DNA of 63,226 bases, filler included, from Octopus bimaculoides (taxonomy: Eukaryota): assembly GCF_001194135.2 (NCBI RefSeq). It is 4 parts of 4 records of this genome, joined end to end, with 100 filler letters (N's around TTAATTAATTAA, not from the genome) between each part and the next. Parts side by side here need not be neighbours in the genome. Positions count along the whole stretch, not along the records: positions 60,096 to 63,226 come from NC_068997.1; 3 more parts are not named here. One strand, written 5' to 3'. Of this stretch, positions 60,934 through 63,226 are shown piece by piece (the stretch's first letter is position 1; every line of letters begins with the position of its first letter). Position numbers and translations under genes: made by a program. The notes below the pieces were generated by a model. It did not search any database. It was not told the DNA's origin and was given only the letters and a program-made list of their open reading frames with translations.

Positions 60934-62269
60934 TAATAACTGTAAAAAATATATATTATTATGATATATATATATATATATATCTAATAACTGTAAAAAA
61001 TATATATTATTATGAAATTTATTTTCCTATTTGAAGCGACAATTTTTAGATATAAATAAATGATTNNNNNNNNNNNNNNNNNNNNNNNNNNNNNNNNNNN
61101 NNNNNNNNNNNNNNNNNNNNNNNNNNNNNNNNNNNNNNNNNNNNNNNNNNNNNNNNNNNNNNNNNNNNNNNNNNNNNNNNNNNNNNNNNNNNNNNNNNNN
61201 NNNNNNNNNNNNNNNNNNNNNNNNNNNNNNNNNNNNNNNNNNNNNNNNNNNNNNNNNNNNNNNNNNNNNNNNNNNNNNNNNNNNNNNNNNNNNNNNNNNN
61301 NNNNNNNNNNNNNNNNNNNNNNNNNNNNNNNNNNNNNNNNNNNNNNNNNNNNNNNNNNNNNNNNNNNNNNNNNNNNNNNNNNNNNNNNNNNNNNNNNNNN
61401 NNNNNNNNNNNNNNNNNNNNNNNNNNNNNNNNNNNNNNNNNNNNNNNNNNNNNNNNNNNNNNNNNNNNNNNNNNNNNNNNNNNNNNNNNNNNNNNNNNNN
61501 NNNNNNNNNNNNNNNNNNNNNNNNNNNNNNNNNNNNNNNNNNNNNNNNNNNNNNNNNNNNNNNNNNNNNNNNNNNNNNNNNNNNNNNNNNNNNNNNNNNN
61601 NNNNNNNNNNNNNNNNNNNNNNNNNNNNNNNNNNNNNNNNNNNNNNNNNNNNNNNNNNNNNNNNNNNNNNNNNNNNNNTATATATATATATATATATATA
61701 TTCGTTTGATCTTGACCCTGCACTGTACTGTACATTGCATTTTTCTCTCCATTTCGCTATACTGGAATTCTGTCTTTGTCACCTGAATTAACGCGAAAAT
61801 ATATAAAATGAATCTCGTGTTGAAGCCATCTTCGAAATATTCAATTTTGAACAAATAATTAAACTCTGTTCTGACGGAGCATTTCTTTTTTGTCGTTTTC
61901 CATTGATTAACTCTTCGGTTTTTATCGTTTAATTTTTGTATCTTTTACCTCTTACTTGTTTCAGCCATTGGGCCTTAGCCATCTTGGAAGAACACTTTGA
62001 AGGATGTAGTCGAATGGTTCAATCCCAGTCATTATTTCTTTCAAGTTTGTATTTATTCCATTAGACATTTCTTTCGAATCATTAGGTCACCATAACTTAA
62101 AAATAAATGAATGCCTGTTCTCAACTGTTAGGGTGACAGAAGAGTGAAAAACCATGCATACATTCACACATATATATACATACATATATACGTGGATACA
62201 CCCCAATATCCATCTATCTATTGATTCATGCATGCACACATACACACACACATATCCATACATACGTGT

Positions 62270-62284
62270 GTATATCTATATCCA

Positions 62285-62345
<61 letters not shown>

Positions 62346-62405
62346 GTCTGTCTGTCTCTCTGTCTGTCTGTCTCTCTGTCTGTCTGTCTCTCTGTCTGTC
62401 TATCT
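62270..62405. repeat. (TCTA)n(TCTG)n compound microsatellite
   Basis: Direct reading. Confidence 0.95.
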
Positions 62406-62479
62406 ATGCCATGATGGATCGCTGACCAATACACATATTTTTTCTCTCCTTGTTTCTCTCCTTATTTCTTTCTATGTTC

Positions 62480-62515
62480 CTTTCTGTTGAAGAGCGTAAG
62501 CTCGAAACGTTAAAG
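62480..62515 (+). ncRNA. Hammerhead-like motif with A6 to U change
   Basis: CTTT CTGTTGA A GAGC-gtaa-GCTC GAAAC GTT AAAG: 4-bp stem I, 4-bp stem II and AACGTT palindrome. Confidence 0.4.
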
Positions 62516-63121
62516 AATTTCTCTATTCCCGAGCGTTAAACTGATACATCCATTTGTTGTTTACACCACCTGTCTTCGACTGTTGTTTTTTCGTGAATTC
62601 TCCTATAGAATTCTCCTGAAGAAAGAAATAGATTTATGGAGTGTTTGAAAGTCAGTAATAATTACTAAACTGTAAATAGAATTTATCGGTTAGGTTATAG
62701 AAAAGATTTAAATTATCTGACTGATGTTGAACGTTTATAAAAGCAAGGAGACAACGGTTGTAAATTACCATCAGAATGCGAATGGGTTTGTAGCTGAGCA
62801 TTTTATTTTCAGCTTTGGTTTAAAAGTGCGTATTATAAAACGTAAGGTGCCAGAGAAGTTACACAAAAGGTAGGATGCATCTACATTGGTTTCACAACAT
62901 GTAAGATTGTTGGTAGTAGCTTTATTTGAAATTATTTGATGTTACCTTAAAGTAATCATTGTACATTCTTTATAAACTGATGATTTAATCCATTGTATTG
63001 CAACATTTCTTACTTCACCTGTGAACTTCAAAATTCCTTGCCATCAAAAGATTGCACATAGAGGGCTAACTCTGAGTCATAATTGAGTATATCATCAGTT
63101 TCGAACGGTGTGTATTTGTAA

Positions 63122-63125
<4 letters not shown>

Positions 63126-63168
<43 letters not shown>

Positions 63169-63226
63169 CAAACACACACATACACACACACACATACACG
63201 CTCACACACACACATATATATATATG
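63126..63226. repeat. (AC)n microsatellite
   Basis: Direct reading. Confidence 0.95.

Noticed and set aside
461-62490. Long ORFs in the track containing X runs or YI/HT/CV/LS/II repeats
   Set aside because: They arise from N gaps and microsatellites and are not coding evidence.
63010-63125. Minus-strand peptide YDYKYTPFETDDILNYDSELALYVQSFDGKEF*
   Set aside because: It begins inside a (TG)n run with no acceptor or ATG; too short to support.

Overview
This is AT-rich, repeat-dominated animal genomic DNA from a draft assembly with about 8 kb (roughly 13%) of N gaps. The SINE families suggest a coleoid cephalopod, most likely Octopus; that is my recognition, not a database result. No intact known gene, rRNA, true tRNA or CRISPR array is visible. 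The window holds dozens of tRNA-derived SINE copies from at least four families, many microsatellites, and fragments of several retroelement clades: Dong/R4-like, CRE-like, HERO-like, RTE-like and a Penelope-type GIY-YIG endonuclease. DNA transposons include two mariner fragments, a near full-length Tc1-like element with DD36E spacing, and hAT-type and TA-targeting MITEs. Host coding sequence is speculative: a hand-assembled 8-exon, phase-consistent minus-strand model (about 183 aa, 28821 to 14118, no recognised homolog) and one plus-strand exon-like segment with an in-frame TAA. The most interesting signal is a set of hammerhead-ribozyme-like motifs (stem I - CUGANGA - stem II - GAAA - short, mostly palindromic stem III - NUH - stem I) in several unrelated non-coding repeat families. 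Three occur as divergent inverted-repeat pairs (18.4-18.7, 46.7-47.2 and 49.7-49.9 kb) and one sits at the 3' end of a tRNA-headed SINE-like element (9.7-10.0 kb). This suggests non-autonomous ribozyme-bearing elements mobilised by Penelope-like retroelements. Structures were read by eye; no folding, alignment or database search was run.
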